In this document: one piece after another, positions 1 to 8,782 of the stretch
How positions within the stretch are numbered: position 1 is the stretch's first letter
How the letters are laid out: every line of letters starts with the position of its first letter
Position numbers and translations under genes: made by a program
The notes under the pieces: generated by a model
Seen by the model: only the letters and a program-made list of their open reading frames with translations
Databases searched by the model: none
Told to the model about the DNA's origin: nothing
Sequence record: SRR2962707_2486
DNA length: 39,164 nt
Direction: 5' to 3' (one strand)

Positions 1-840
1 CTTACACATGATGTAGGACAGGATCGCACCAGATGAACCGACCAGCGCGCCGACCACGATCAACAGATCGTTGCCCAAGCTGAAACCAATCGCGGCCGCA
101 GCCCAACCAGAATAGCTGTTCAGCATCGACACCACGACCGGCATATCGGCGCCGCCGATGCCCATGATCAGGTGATATCCGATGAACAAGGCGCTGAGTG
201 TCATCACGAACAGTGGGAAGAATCCACCAGTGTTGAAGTACCAGATCAGGCAGATCAGCGACAAAGCCGCAGCCCCAGCGTTCAACATATGGCCGCCCGG
301 CAATTTGGTCGCCGTAGAGGACAGTTTGCCCGCCAGTTTGCCATAAGCCACAACCGAGCCGGTAAAGGTGATTGCCCCGATGAAAATACCAAGGAACAAC
401 TCGACCCGGAGGATCGACAGCTCGACAGGAGATTTGTGAGCGATCAGCGCCGCAAACGTCCCCATATCCTCAGCATGCTCACCGCCAGCCGCCAGCATAT
501 GCGCGACATTGCCGATTTCGAAATGTGCGATAAAGCCAACAAAGACAGCCGCAAGACCAACCAGTGAGTGCATCGCCGCCACAAGTTGCGGCATCTCGGT
601 CATTTGAACGCGCTTTGCGACCACGTAACCAATCATACCACCGCCTGCGATCAGCAGGATCGACAGTAACCAAAGGCCAGTGCCTGGCCCGACCAGCGTG
701 GCGCAAATCGCCAACGCCATACCAACGATACCGTACCAGACGGCCCGTTTTGCGCTTTCTTGTCCCGACAGCCCGCCAAGGCTAAGGATAAAGAGCACAG
801 CTGCGACCACATAAGCCGCCGTTGTAAATCCGAATTCCAT
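1..840 (-). CDS. pntB: NAD(P)+ transhydrogenase subunit beta (5' part; runs off the window start)
   Basis: Not in the ORF track. Manual translation from ATG at 840 (GGAGG upstream) gives [37 protein letters not shown]...[22 protein letters not shown]...GAITFTGS...[27 protein letters not shown]...[17 protein letters not shown], which are PntB signature motifs. Immediately downstream of pntA. Confidence 0.97.
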   Translation of the reverse strand, partial: MEFGFTTAAYVVAAVLFILSLGGLSGQESAKRAVWYGIVGMALAICATLVGPGTGLWLLSILLIAGGGMIGYVVAKRVQMTEMPQLVAAMHSLVGLAAVFVGFIAHFEIGNVAHMLAAGGEHAEDMGTFAALIAHKSPVELSILRVELFLGIFIGAITFTGSVVAYGKLAGKLSSTATKLPGGHMLNAGAAALSLICLIWYFNTGGFFPLFVMTLSALFIGYHLIMGIGGADMPVVVSMLNSYSGWAAAAIGFSLGNDLLIVVGALVGSSGAILSYIMCK

Positions 841-852
841 TGCTCTTCCTCC

Positions 853-2424
853 TTACGACTTTTGGAACATGGCGAGCATGCGCCGTGTGACCAAAAAGCC
901 GCCGAAAATATTGATCCCGGCCATAAAGACCGACAGCGCCGCAAGCACGATCACAAGGCCAGAGCCCGAACCGATCTGCATCAAAGCGCCCAGAATAATG
1001 ATCGACGAAATGGCGTTCGTAACGGCCATCAAAGGTGTGTGCAGCGAATGGCTGACGTTCCAGATAACCTGGAAACCGATGAAGACAGACAGAACAAAGA
1101 CGATGAAGTGCTGCATAAAGCTGGCAGGGGCAACGGTACCAATGCCCAGCAAGATTACAGCACCGACCGCAATAAGCGTCACTTGTTGTTTGGTCTGAGC
1201 CTTGAAAGCCGCCACTTCGTTGGCGCGCTTTTCTTCTGGCGTCAGCTCTTTGACCGCTTCTTTCGGCTTTGCCGCGATGGCCTTAATCTTAGGGGGCGGC
1301 GGTGGGAAGGTGATTTCACCTTCATGTGTTACCGTCGCACCACGGATAACATCGTCTTCCATGTTATGATTGATCTGGCCGTCTTTTTCAGGGGTCAAAT
1401 CAGTCATCATGTGACGGATGTTTGTCGCATAAAGCGTCGAAGCCTGAGCCGCCATACGGGATGGGAAATCCGTGTAACCGATGATGGTCACGCCGTTTTC
1501 AGTGACGATTTTCTCGTCCATCACGGTCAGCTTACAGTTGCCGCCTTTTTCCGCCGCAAGATCGACGATAACCGAACCCGGCTTCATGGATTTCACCATG
1601 TCTTCGGTCCAAAGCTCGGGCGCTTCGCGGTTGGGAATCAAGGCCGTTGTGATGACAATGTCAACTTCGGAGGCCAGTTCGCGGAACTTTGCCAGCTGTG
1701 CTTCGCGGAATTCAGGGCTTGAGACCGAGGCATAGCCACCTGTCGCAGCGCCGTCTTGCTGGTCTTCTTCGAAGTCCAAGTAGACGAATTCAGCGCCCAT
1801 TGATTCAACTTGCTCGGCCACTTCAGGACGGACGTCGAACGCATAGGTAATGGCACCAAGGCTTGTCGATGTGCCGATTGCAGCCAAACCGGCCACACCC
1901 GCACCAACGACCAGAACCTTCGCAGGTGGAACTTTACCAGCAGCCGTGATTTGCCCCGTAAAGAAACGACCAAAATTATTACCCGCTTCGATAACGGCAC
2001 GATATCCGGCAATGTTCGCCATGGATGACAGGGCATCCATTTTCTGAGCACGCGAAATCCGTGGAACCATTTCCATCGCGATGACCGAAGCGCCTTTGGC
2101 CTTGGCCAATTCCAGACCGCTTTCGTTGCCACCGGGATTAAAAAACGAGATCAGCGTCTTGTCTTTGTTCAACCGTTTCAACTCGGTTTCGTTGGGCTGG
2201 CGGACCTTGGCGATTACATCGGCATCTTTCCAAAGCGCGGCGGCGGTTTTGATCACCTCAACACCGGCTTCAGTATAAAGTGCGTCACTGAAACCAGCGG
2301 CTTCACCAGCACCAGCTTCGATCGCGCAGTCATAACCCAGCTTTTGCAGCTGGCGCGCCGAATCCGGGGTCATGGCGACTCGCGCCTCTCCCTCGAATAC
2401 TTCTTTTGGCGTTCCAATTTTCAC
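853..2424 (-). CDS. pntA: NAD(P)+ transhydrogenase subunit alpha
   Basis: GTG start; [49 protein letters not shown] Rossmann motif, C-terminal TM region with [14 protein letters not shown]. Confidence 0.98.
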   Translation of the reverse strand: MKIGTPKEVFEGEARVAMTPDSARQLQKLGYDCAIEAGAGEAAGFSDALYTEAGVEVIKTAAALWKDADVIAKVRQPNETELKRLNKDKTLISFFNPGGNESGLELAKAKGASVIAMEMVPRISRAQKMDALSSMANIAGYRAVIEAGNNFGRFFTGQITAAGKVPPAKVLVVGAGVAGLAAIGTSTSLGAITYAFDVRPEVAEQVESMGAEFVYLDFEEDQQDGAATGGYASVSSPEFREAQLAKFRELASEVDIVITTALIPNREAPELWTEDMVKSMKPGSVIVDLAAEKGGNCKLTVMDEKIVTENGVTIIGYTDFPSRMAAQASTLYATNIRHMMTDLTPEKDGQINHNMEDDVIRGATVTHEGEITFPPPPPKIKAIAAKPKEAVKELTPEEKRANEVAAFKAQTKQQVTLIAVGAVILLGIGTVAPASFMQHFIVFVLSVFIGFQVIWNVSHSLHTPLMAVTNAISSIIILGALMQIGSGSGLVIVLAALSVFMAGINIFGGFLVTRRMLAMFQKS

Positions 2425-2553
2425 GTGTATTGTCCCCTATGAACGTCAAGACAGGCAGGCTGTCGTAGCGACACCCTGTCGAGGATTGGTCTATAGTGCT
2501 GACCCATCCTCTTCAACATATCTTCCAGCTTTAGACCACAATCCAAAAAGAGG

Positions 2554-3006
2554 TTAAAGCCATCTGCGCGTTCGTTGCGCATACCGTGTAAATTCCGCAA
2601 CAAACTTTCGTCGTAGATGACCTTCTTCTGGGACAATGAAACGCGTTTCAAGTACCCAGAACAACCCCGGAATCAATGGTAGCGCCACCACGGAATCCCA
2701 ATAGAGAATCAGCCCGGACAAGACCAAAACATCCCCGAGATAGATCGGATTTCGGGACCGCGAGAATATCCCCGTTGTGACCAAAGTACTTGCTTCCTGA
2801 TGGGGGATGACGGTTGTCCGATGACTTCGTAACTCATACACCGCCAACAACATCAACAACACACCCGCCCCGACCAGCAGTCCACCGACCAAATCGGCCA
2901 AGCCATTTCCAAAGGACAATCCGAAAGCAAAATACGTTTTTTGCGCCCACGCCGCGGCGCAGGCCACCAAAAGCCAGACAGGCGGTACATCAAGCCATTT
3001 AAGCAT
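2554..3006 (-). CDS. Isoprenylcysteine carboxylmethyltransferase (ICMT/PEMT) family membrane protein
   Basis: Hydrophobic; LVTTGIFSRSRNPIYLG and EE..L...F..EF..Y....RRWL motifs. Confidence 0.88.
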   Translation of the reverse strand: MLKWLDVPPVWLLVACAAAWAQKTYFAFGLSFGNGLADLVGGLLVGAGVLLMLLAVYELRSHRTTVIPHQEASTLVTTGIFSRSRNPIYLGDVLVLSGLILYWDSVVALPLIPGLFWVLETRFIVPEEGHLRRKFVAEFTRYAQRTRRWL

Positions 3007-3015
3007 GTGTGTTTG

Positions 3016-3966
3016 CTATTCCCATTCCATTTCTTCGAAAACGCGGCCAGCGTTTTTGGTGGCCAACTCTTCGAAAGTATCAAGGCGCGACCATCGGGTT
3101 TGATCCACATAATAGGCGTTGGCAAGGTCACCACCGTCGTCGATATGCGCACCCACCTTCTCTCGAAGATCAATCAGATAATCATGTGTATAGCGGCTCA
3201 CTTGCGCCAGATTGGTCGGATGCCCGTGCCCAGGGATGATGTAGGTTGGGTTCATGGGGGCAAGTTTCGTTTCCCAGGTTTCGATCCAGCAGCTGGTGCA
3301 AGTATCCGAGAAAATCGGCAACATACGTTCGTGGAAGGCAATATCGCCCGCGATCATGATATCCCATTGCGGAATCCAGACCTGCGTATCGCCGGGCCCA
3401 TGCGCAGGCCCCAAGTGAAGAACCTCCAGACGGACCCCGCCCATTTCTATCGTTTGGCTCTCACTAAAGGAAAGATTGGCCACTGCAACGGTCGTGCCTT
3501 CTGCTTTGTCGCGATTATAGCGCTGCATGTTCTGAAGGATGAAGTCACCGTTTTCTTCGCCTTCATGAATGGCATCTTCATGGGCAAGCACATCAATCCC
3601 CAACGCACGCCAATAACTGTTGCCCAGCATGGCGTGCCCTTGGCCATTTTCATTGATAACCAGCTTCACCGGCTGATCCGTGACCATTTTGATTTCCTCA
3701 TGCAAGGCCTTGGCCAACCGCGCAGATGCCCCGCCATTGACGACCACAACACCATCTTCGGTGACCACAAAGCTCAGATTGTTGTTATGGCCCGAATTCT
3801 CATATGTCGGAGGAGCCGTCGCCCCAATCGCTGAAAACACGTTGGGAATAACCTCGACAGGTTTGTCATAAAGATCCGACGCTGGGTATTTGTCCGCAAT
3901 ATCTTCGCTGGCCCATACGCCCTGCCCCATACCTATCGCCAGGGCGATCCATCCGATCCGTGACAT
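3016..3966 (-). CDS. soxH: Periplasmic MBL-fold protein, SoxH-like
   Basis: Start moved to ATG 3966 (GGAGG 8 nt upstream). Signal peptide MSRIGWIALAIGMGQGVWA; MBL motifs GPAHGPGD, AGD, PGHG; the ENGQGHAMLGN segment resembles alphaproteobacterial SoxH as I recall it. The MBL fold is secure; the symbol is less so. Confidence 0.7.
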   Translation of the reverse strand: MSRIGWIALAIGMGQGVWASEDIADKYPASDLYDKPVEVIPNVFSAIGATAPPTYENSGHNNNLSFVVTEDGVVVVNGGASARLAKALHEEIKMVTDQPVKLVINENGQGHAMLGNSYWRALGIDVLAHEDAIHEGEENGDFILQNMQRYNRDKAEGTTVAVANLSFSESQTIEMGGVRLEVLHLGPAHGPGDTQVWIPQWDIMIAGDIAFHERMLPIFSDTCTSCWIETWETKLAPMNPTYIIPGHGHPTNLAQVSRYTHDYLIDLREKVGAHIDDGGDLANAYYVDQTRWSRLDTFEELATKNAGRVFEEMEWE

Positions 3967-3997
3967 CCACAATTCCTCCAAACCTTTTCTAAATCAC

Positions 3998-4013
3998 ATT
4001 CACATGTGTGAAT
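3998..4013. promoter_or_regulatory. Palindromic operator ATTC-N8-GAAT (SqrR/SoxR/BigR ArsR-family type)
   Basis: ATTCACA-TG-TGTGAAT, perfect 7-bp arms, about 30 nt upstream of the soxH-like start. Confidence 0.6.
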
Positions 4014-4107
4014 TCGTTTAGCAAGGCGGTAATTGCGCGCGCCCACAACGTGGCTTGCGACTGTTCCCGCTTGCTTTACGCTCACGTTCAAACCAAGGGG
4101 GAAAACC

Positions 4108-4860
4108 ATGACACTATCTGGCAAACATGCGTTGGTCACAGGCGGCGGTACAGGGATCGGCCTCAGCATCGCCCAAGCATTTGCGGCCCAAGGGGCCTAT
4201 GTCACGATCACCGGACGGCGGGCTGAAAAATTAGAAGCCGCTGCCACGGACCGCATTCACCCGCTTGTGATGGATGTCATGGACGAAAACTCTGTTGTTG
4301 ATGGCATCGCACAGGCCGTCGCCCGTCAGGGTCCCGTCCAAATCTGCGTCCCGAATGCCGGCATCGCCGAGGGCCGCGCGCTTCATAAAACCGACCTCGA
4401 CTTTTGGCGCAGGATGATGGCCACCAATCTGGATGGGGCATTTCTCACAATTCGAGAAAGCCTGAAATCTATGCATGAAACCGATTGGGGCCGCGTCATC
4501 GCGATTAGTTCGATCGCGGGTCTGCGTGGTCTTAGAGGCGCGCCTGTTTATTCCGCTTCAAAACACGGCTTGATCGGGCTTATCCGTGGGCTGGCCGCAG
4601 ATTATCTGGGCAAGCCTTACACATTCAACGCGATATGCCCGGCCTATGTTGACACCGAAATCGTGCCTCAGAATATTGAACGGATTATGGCCAGGACCGG
4701 AATGGACGAAGCCGCCGCCCGCGACGTCATGGTTGGCGCAAACCCGCACGGGCGACTGATCACCCCGGAAGAAGTGGCAGAAACGGCTCTCTGGCTCTGT
4801 TCCAACAATTCCGGCAGTGTGAATGGGCAAGCGATTCAAATCGCAGGCGGAGAGTTCTGA
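4108..4860 (+). CDS. SDR family oxidoreductase
   Basis: Start ATG 4108 after AAGGGGG; TGGGTGIG, NAG, YSASK catalytic YxxxK. Confidence 0.93.
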   Translation: MTLSGKHALVTGGGTGIGLSIAQAFAAQGAYVTITGRRAEKLEAAATDRIHPLVMDVMDENSVVDGIAQAVARQGPVQICVPNAGIAEGRALHKTDLDFWRRMMATNLDGAFLTIRESLKSMHETDWGRVIAISSIAGLRGLRGAPVYSASKHGLIGLIRGLAADYLGKPYTFNAICPAYVDTEIVPQNIERIMARTGMDEAAARDVMVGANPHGRLITPEEVAETALWLCSNNSGSVNGQAIQIAGGEF

Positions 4861-4914
4861 GGTCAACAACGCCGGGTTCAGCCGTCTCATCCCGGAAACC
4901 GCCCCCCAAGAATA

Positions 4915-5691
4915 TCAGGCAGACTGAAGCTTCAGCCCAGTCTTGCCTTGTGACCAATCACGCACCGCGTCACCGAACGCCTGGAAGAGCGGGCGGGACA
5001 CCGGGTCGCTGGCCGCGTCCCATTCCGGGTGCCATTGAACAGATAAGGTGAACCCTGCGGCCCCTTCTATATAAGTGGCTTCTGGGGTGCCATCCGGAGC
5101 ATATCCATCAATCACTATCCGCGAACCGGGGTCTTTGATCCCCTGACCATGTAGTGTGTTGGTCATAACTTCCGGCGCCCCCATCAACCGATGAAACACG
5201 CCTCCTTCGGAAAACGTCACTTTATGGCGCAGCGCAAATTTTTCCTCCAACGTCCCATCTGGGGGCATCCGATGGTTCATTCTTCCGGGCAAGTCACGAA
5301 TTTCCGGGTAAAGCGTACCGCCCATCGCGACATTCACTTCTTGAAAACCCCGGCAAATCCCCAGAAATGGCTGGCCACGCTCAACACAGGCCCGGACCAG
5401 CGGCAAGGTGATGGCATCGCGTGCGCGATCAAAGGCCCCATGCGCCTCTGTCGCTTCTTCGCCATATTCTTCAGGATGCACATTTGGGCGCCCGCCCGTT
5501 AGAACAAACCCATCGCAGATTTCCAGCAGCTCAGACACCGCCAAATACCGAGGATCGGCCGGTATCAACAAAGGCACGCAATCCGAGACATTGGCGACGG
5601 CATCAGAATTCATGCTGCCACCAGCATGTGCCGGATATTGGTTGTTAATCAGCTGCTGGTTACCGATAATTCCGACAACAGGTCGTTTCAT
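4915..5691 (-). CDS. Gamma-glutamyl-gamma-aminobutyrate hydrolase family (peptidase C26, PuuD-like glutamine amidotransferase)
   Basis: LTGGRPNVHP, GICRGFQE nucleophile elbow, VQWHPE. Confidence 0.92.
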   Translation of the reverse strand: MKRPVVGIIGNQQLINNQYPAHAGGSMNSDAVANVSDCVPLLIPADPRYLAVSELLEICDGFVLTGGRPNVHPEEYGEEATEAHGAFDRARDAITLPLVRACVERGQPFLGICRGFQEVNVAMGGTLYPEIRDLPGRMNHRMPPDGTLEEKFALRHKVTFSEGGVFHRLMGAPEVMTNTLHGQGIKDPGSRIVIDGYAPDGTPEATYIEGAAGFTLSVQWHPEWDAASDPVSRPLFQAFGDAVRDWSQGKTGLKLQSA

Positions 5692-5757
5692 GCGGTTCCT
5701 CGTAAGATTGGCCCATCACCTTTACATAGGCCAATCCCGGAACAAGGAAAAGGCAGG

Positions 5758-6186
5758 TCACACTTCCGCGGTCAAACCAACCCCGTCTATGCCCGCTTTT
5801 GCGGCAATGGCGTCATTGTCCGAAGAATCGCCGGTAACGCCGACCGCGCCCAATACATCTCCTTTTGGCCCCCGGACCAAAACGCCCCCTGGGACAGGAA
5901 TGAGCTGCCCACCAAAAGCCCCGTTCGCCGCCGACACAAAATAGGCCTGCGCCTCAGCCCGCGCCATCTGAGCCGTACCAGCCATCCCCAACATAACCGC
6001 GCCATAGGCTTTGCCATGGGCAATCTGATAACGTCCTGGGCTCGCACCGTCTTCACGCTCAAACGCCAGAACATGCCCCCCCGCATCCAACACAATCACA
6101 GACAAAGGGTTCATATCCAGCTCATGCCCCTTTTCCAAACTCTTGCGAATAATTGTCCGTGCGCGCCTCAACGATAGTCCTGCCAT
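5758..6186 (-). CDS. glcG: GlcG/HbpS family heme-binding protein
   Basis: Start moved to ATG 6186 (GAGGAGA upstream); V.VLDAGG, IAHGKAYGA, GGVLV...GAVGVTG...D motifs; downstream of glcB. Confidence 0.88.
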   Translation of the reverse strand: MAGLSLRRARTIIRKSLEKGHELDMNPLSVIVLDAGGHVLAFEREDGASPGRYQIAHGKAYGAVMLGMAGTAQMARAEAQAYFVSAANGAFGGQLIPVPGGVLVRGPKGDVLGAVGVTGDSSDNDAIAAKAGIDGVGLTAEV

Positions 6187-6229
6187 CACATCTCTCCTCA
6201 ATTTTCTCAAACGCGATAAAATCGCCTGT

Positions 6230-6300
6230 ATATCTTTTGGCTCGTAAATATCCCGGGGGGTGAATTGGCCGTCAGGCCAAGTGGGGGGCAAGCGCCCCCC
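6230..6300 (+). repeat. Dispersed intergenic repeat, copy A (subtype 1, longest form)
   Basis: ATATCTTTTGGCTCGTAAATATCCCGGGGGGTG + hairpin TTGGCC-GTCA-GGCCAA + hairpin GGGGGGC-AAGC-GCCCCCC; matches the copies at 23601 and 39138. Confidence 0.88.
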
Positions 6301-6336
6301 AGATACCATCCATCCCTTTAGAAGCCGCTAACCGAC

Positions 6337-8478
6337 TTAGGCGCTCGCCTTCAACTCCAAGCGGCGCGCATGCAAAACCGGTTCCGTGTACCCAGATGGC
6401 TGAAGACGTCCCCGAAACACCAGATCGCAGGCTGCTTGAAAGGCGATGCCATCAAATCCCGGCGCCATTGGCGTGTACAAAGAATCCCCAGCGTTCTGAC
6501 GATCCACAACCGCCGCCATCTTCTGCATCGCGCTCATGACCTGATCCTCGCTGACCACGCCGTGGTGCAGCCAGTTAGACAAAGCTTGAGACGAAATTCG
6601 GCAGGTTGCCCGGTCTTCCATCAACCCCACATCGTGGATATCCGGCACCTTGGAACAACCAACGCCCTGATCCACCCAGCGAACCACATATCCAAGGATA
6701 CCTTGGGCATTGTTCTCAATCTCAGAGGCAATATCTTCATCCGACCAATTGGTGCCAGCCGCCACCGGGATCGTTAACAGGTCCTCCAGAGTGCCCCGTG
6801 CACCGCCTTCGGCGATATCGTCTTGGACCGACATTACGTCCACTTGATGATAATGCGTGGCGTGCAATGTCGCCGCCGTTGGTGATGGCACCCAAGCACA
6901 GGTTGCCCCGGCTTTGAGGTGGCCAATCTTCTGCACCAGCATATCTGCCATCAGATCCGGCATGGCCCACATGCCTTTGCCGATCTGAGCTTTGCCTTTC
7001 AGCCCGCAGGCCAGACCGATATCAACGTTGCGGTCCTCATAGGAAGAAATCCAAGGCATGGTTTTCATGTCGCCTTTGCGGATCATTGGGCCAGCTTCCA
7101 TCGACGTATGGATTTCATCTCCAGTCCGATCTAGGAAGCCGGTATTGATAAAGGCAACGCGGGACTTCGCGGCGCGGATGCATTCTTTCAGGTTGGCACT
7201 GGTGCGGCGTTCTTCATCCATAATGCCGAGCTTGACCGTGTTTTGCGGCAGGCCCAAAGTTTTCTCGACATGGCTAAAGATCTCATCGGCAAATCCAACT
7301 TCTTCGGGACCATGCATCTTGGGCTTCACGACGTAAACCGAACCGTGAACAGAATTCCCACTTTCACGTTGCAAGTCATGCATCGCGATGGCGGTCGTCA
7401 CCATCGCATCCATCAACCCTTCAAAGACTTCGTTGCCGTCGCGATCCAGGATGGCCGGATTGGTCATCAAATGCCCGACATTCCGGATCAGCATCAAGGC
7501 GCGCCCTTTTAGACTCAGCGCGCCGCCGTCTGGCGCTGTATAGTCTCGATCCGCATTGAGCCGACGGGTCACATTCTTGCCGCCCTTGGTGAAACTGTCT
7601 TCCAGATCGCCCCGCATCAGCCCCAACCAATTGGTGTAAGCAACGGTTTTGTCAGCAGCATCGACACAGGCAACGGAATCTTCACAGTCCATGATCGCTG
7701 AAATCGCGCTTTCCATGACAACATCTGCCATTCCTGCGGGATCGGTTTTTCCAATCGGATGGTTGCGGTCAAAAACCAGTTCCACATGCAGCGCATTGTT
7801 GCGTAGCAATACCACCTCAGGAGCGTCTTCAGCCCCGCGATACCCCGCGAACTGAGCCGGGTCGGCCAGCGGATGACCATCGGCCATCAAGGCCCCATCG
7901 ACAATGCAATACCCGGTTGTGTCGGCGTGACTGAGGCCCGCCAAAGGAAAGACCTCGTCCAAGAACACCCGCGCCTTTGCGACTACTTCTGCACCTCGGT
8001 CAGCATCAAATGGACCTTTCGGCGCCGGGCTTCCCAAAGCATTCGTTCCGTAAAATCCATCATACAGGCTGCCCCAACGAGCGTTTGCCGCATTCAGCGC
8101 ATAACGCGCGTTGGTGATAGGAACGACCAACTGAGGTCCCGGTGTCGACGCGATCTCTGGATCGACATTGGTGGTTTCGATGCTGAAATCCGGGCCTTCC
8201 GGCAACAGATAGCCGATCTCGCGCAAGAAAGCCTGATAGGAAACCATATCAAATGACTCACCGCGATGAGTGACATGCCAGTCATCAATCTTCGACTGCA
8301 TGTGCTCCCGCTTGTCCAGCAACGCTTTGTTGCGTGGCCCGAATGTATGAACCAACTCAGAGAACCCGCTCCAGAACACCTCAGGATCAACACCCGTCCC
8401 AGGAAGCGCAGACGTCTCGACAAAGGCAAATAAGTGCGGATCAATTTCTAGCCCGTGACGGGAGATGCGGTCATTCAT
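6337..8478 (-). CDS. glcB: Malate synthase G
   Basis: 713 aa; [71 protein letters not shown]. Confidence 0.98.
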   Translation of the reverse strand: MNDRISRHGLEIDPHLFAFVETSALPGTGVDPEVFWSGFSELVHTFGPRNKALLDKREHMQSKIDDWHVTHRGESFDMVSYQAFLREIGYLLPEGPDFSIETTNVDPEIASTPGPQLVVPITNARYALNAANARWGSLYDGFYGTNALGSPAPKGPFDADRGAEVVAKARVFLDEVFPLAGLSHADTTGYCIVDGALMADGHPLADPAQFAGYRGAEDAPEVVLLRNNALHVELVFDRNHPIGKTDPAGMADVVMESAISAIMDCEDSVACVDAADKTVAYTNWLGLMRGDLEDSFTKGGKNVTRRLNADRDYTAPDGGALSLKGRALMLIRNVGHLMTNPAILDRDGNEVFEGLMDAMVTTAIAMHDLQRESGNSVHGSVYVVKPKMHGPEEVGFADEIFSHVEKTLGLPQNTVKLGIMDEERRTSANLKECIRAAKSRVAFINTGFLDRTGDEIHTSMEAGPMIRKGDMKTMPWISSYEDRNVDIGLACGLKGKAQIGKGMWAMPDLMADMLVQKIGHLKAGATCAWVPSPTAATLHATHYHQVDVMSVQDDIAEGGARGTLEDLLTIPVAAGTNWSDEDIASEIENNAQGILGYVVRWVDQGVGCSKVPDIHDVGLMEDRATCRISSQALSNWLHHGVVSEDQVMSAMQKMAAVVDRQNAGDSLYTPMAPGFDGIAFQAACDLVFRGRLQPSGYTEPVLHARRLELKASA

Positions 8479-8549
8479 GGGAGGTCCTCTCAGTGTCTTC
8501 AGGTCATTTAACAGCGTTGTAGTGCAAAAAGTTTCCTATAGGCAACAAG

Positions 8550-8572
8550 TTTGGTAAAAAAATATTACCAAA
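8550..8572. promoter_or_regulatory. Inverted repeat, candidate operator in the glcB/pepN divergent region
   Basis: TTTGGTAA-AAAAATA-TTACCAAA, perfect 8-bp arms, about 70 nt upstream of glcB. Confidence 0.45.
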
Positions 8573-8782
8573 AACTGATTACCCATCGGTTATGCTGACA
8601 TTCGCTCTCACGAACACCCCAAACCGAGGCGTCGGCCGAAAGGCCGACACTGAGACATCCTGCACGGGCCCGACAGGGGCCGTTCCGCTGGATCAAGCCT
8701 ATCTTGGTAGACGCGCCTCTTGCTCTGTTCTACCACTGACAAAACGCTTTTTCCCGCGTACCCCTTTCGACCGGAGACCCCA

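Noticed and set aside
760-1722. Long antisense ORFs (760-1722, 2941-3834, 31068-31994, 33654-34529 and others)
   Set aside because: Shadow frames opposite well-supported genes in GC-rich DNA, with no recognisable motifs.
4872-4916. CCCCCCAAGAATATC resembling part of repeat copy C
   Set aside because: Short low-complexity match lacking the second core box and the GC hairpin; indistinguishable from chance.
6230-6300. Repeat copies as a CRISPR array or a MITE
   Set aside because: The copies are dispersed kilobases apart with no repeat-spacer periodicity or cas genes, and I saw no terminal inverted repeats or target duplications.
6187-6309. N-terminal extension of GlcG through repeat copy A
   Set aside because: A strong RBS precedes ATG 6186 and family similarity starts there. 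There is no evidence that the repeat is translated.
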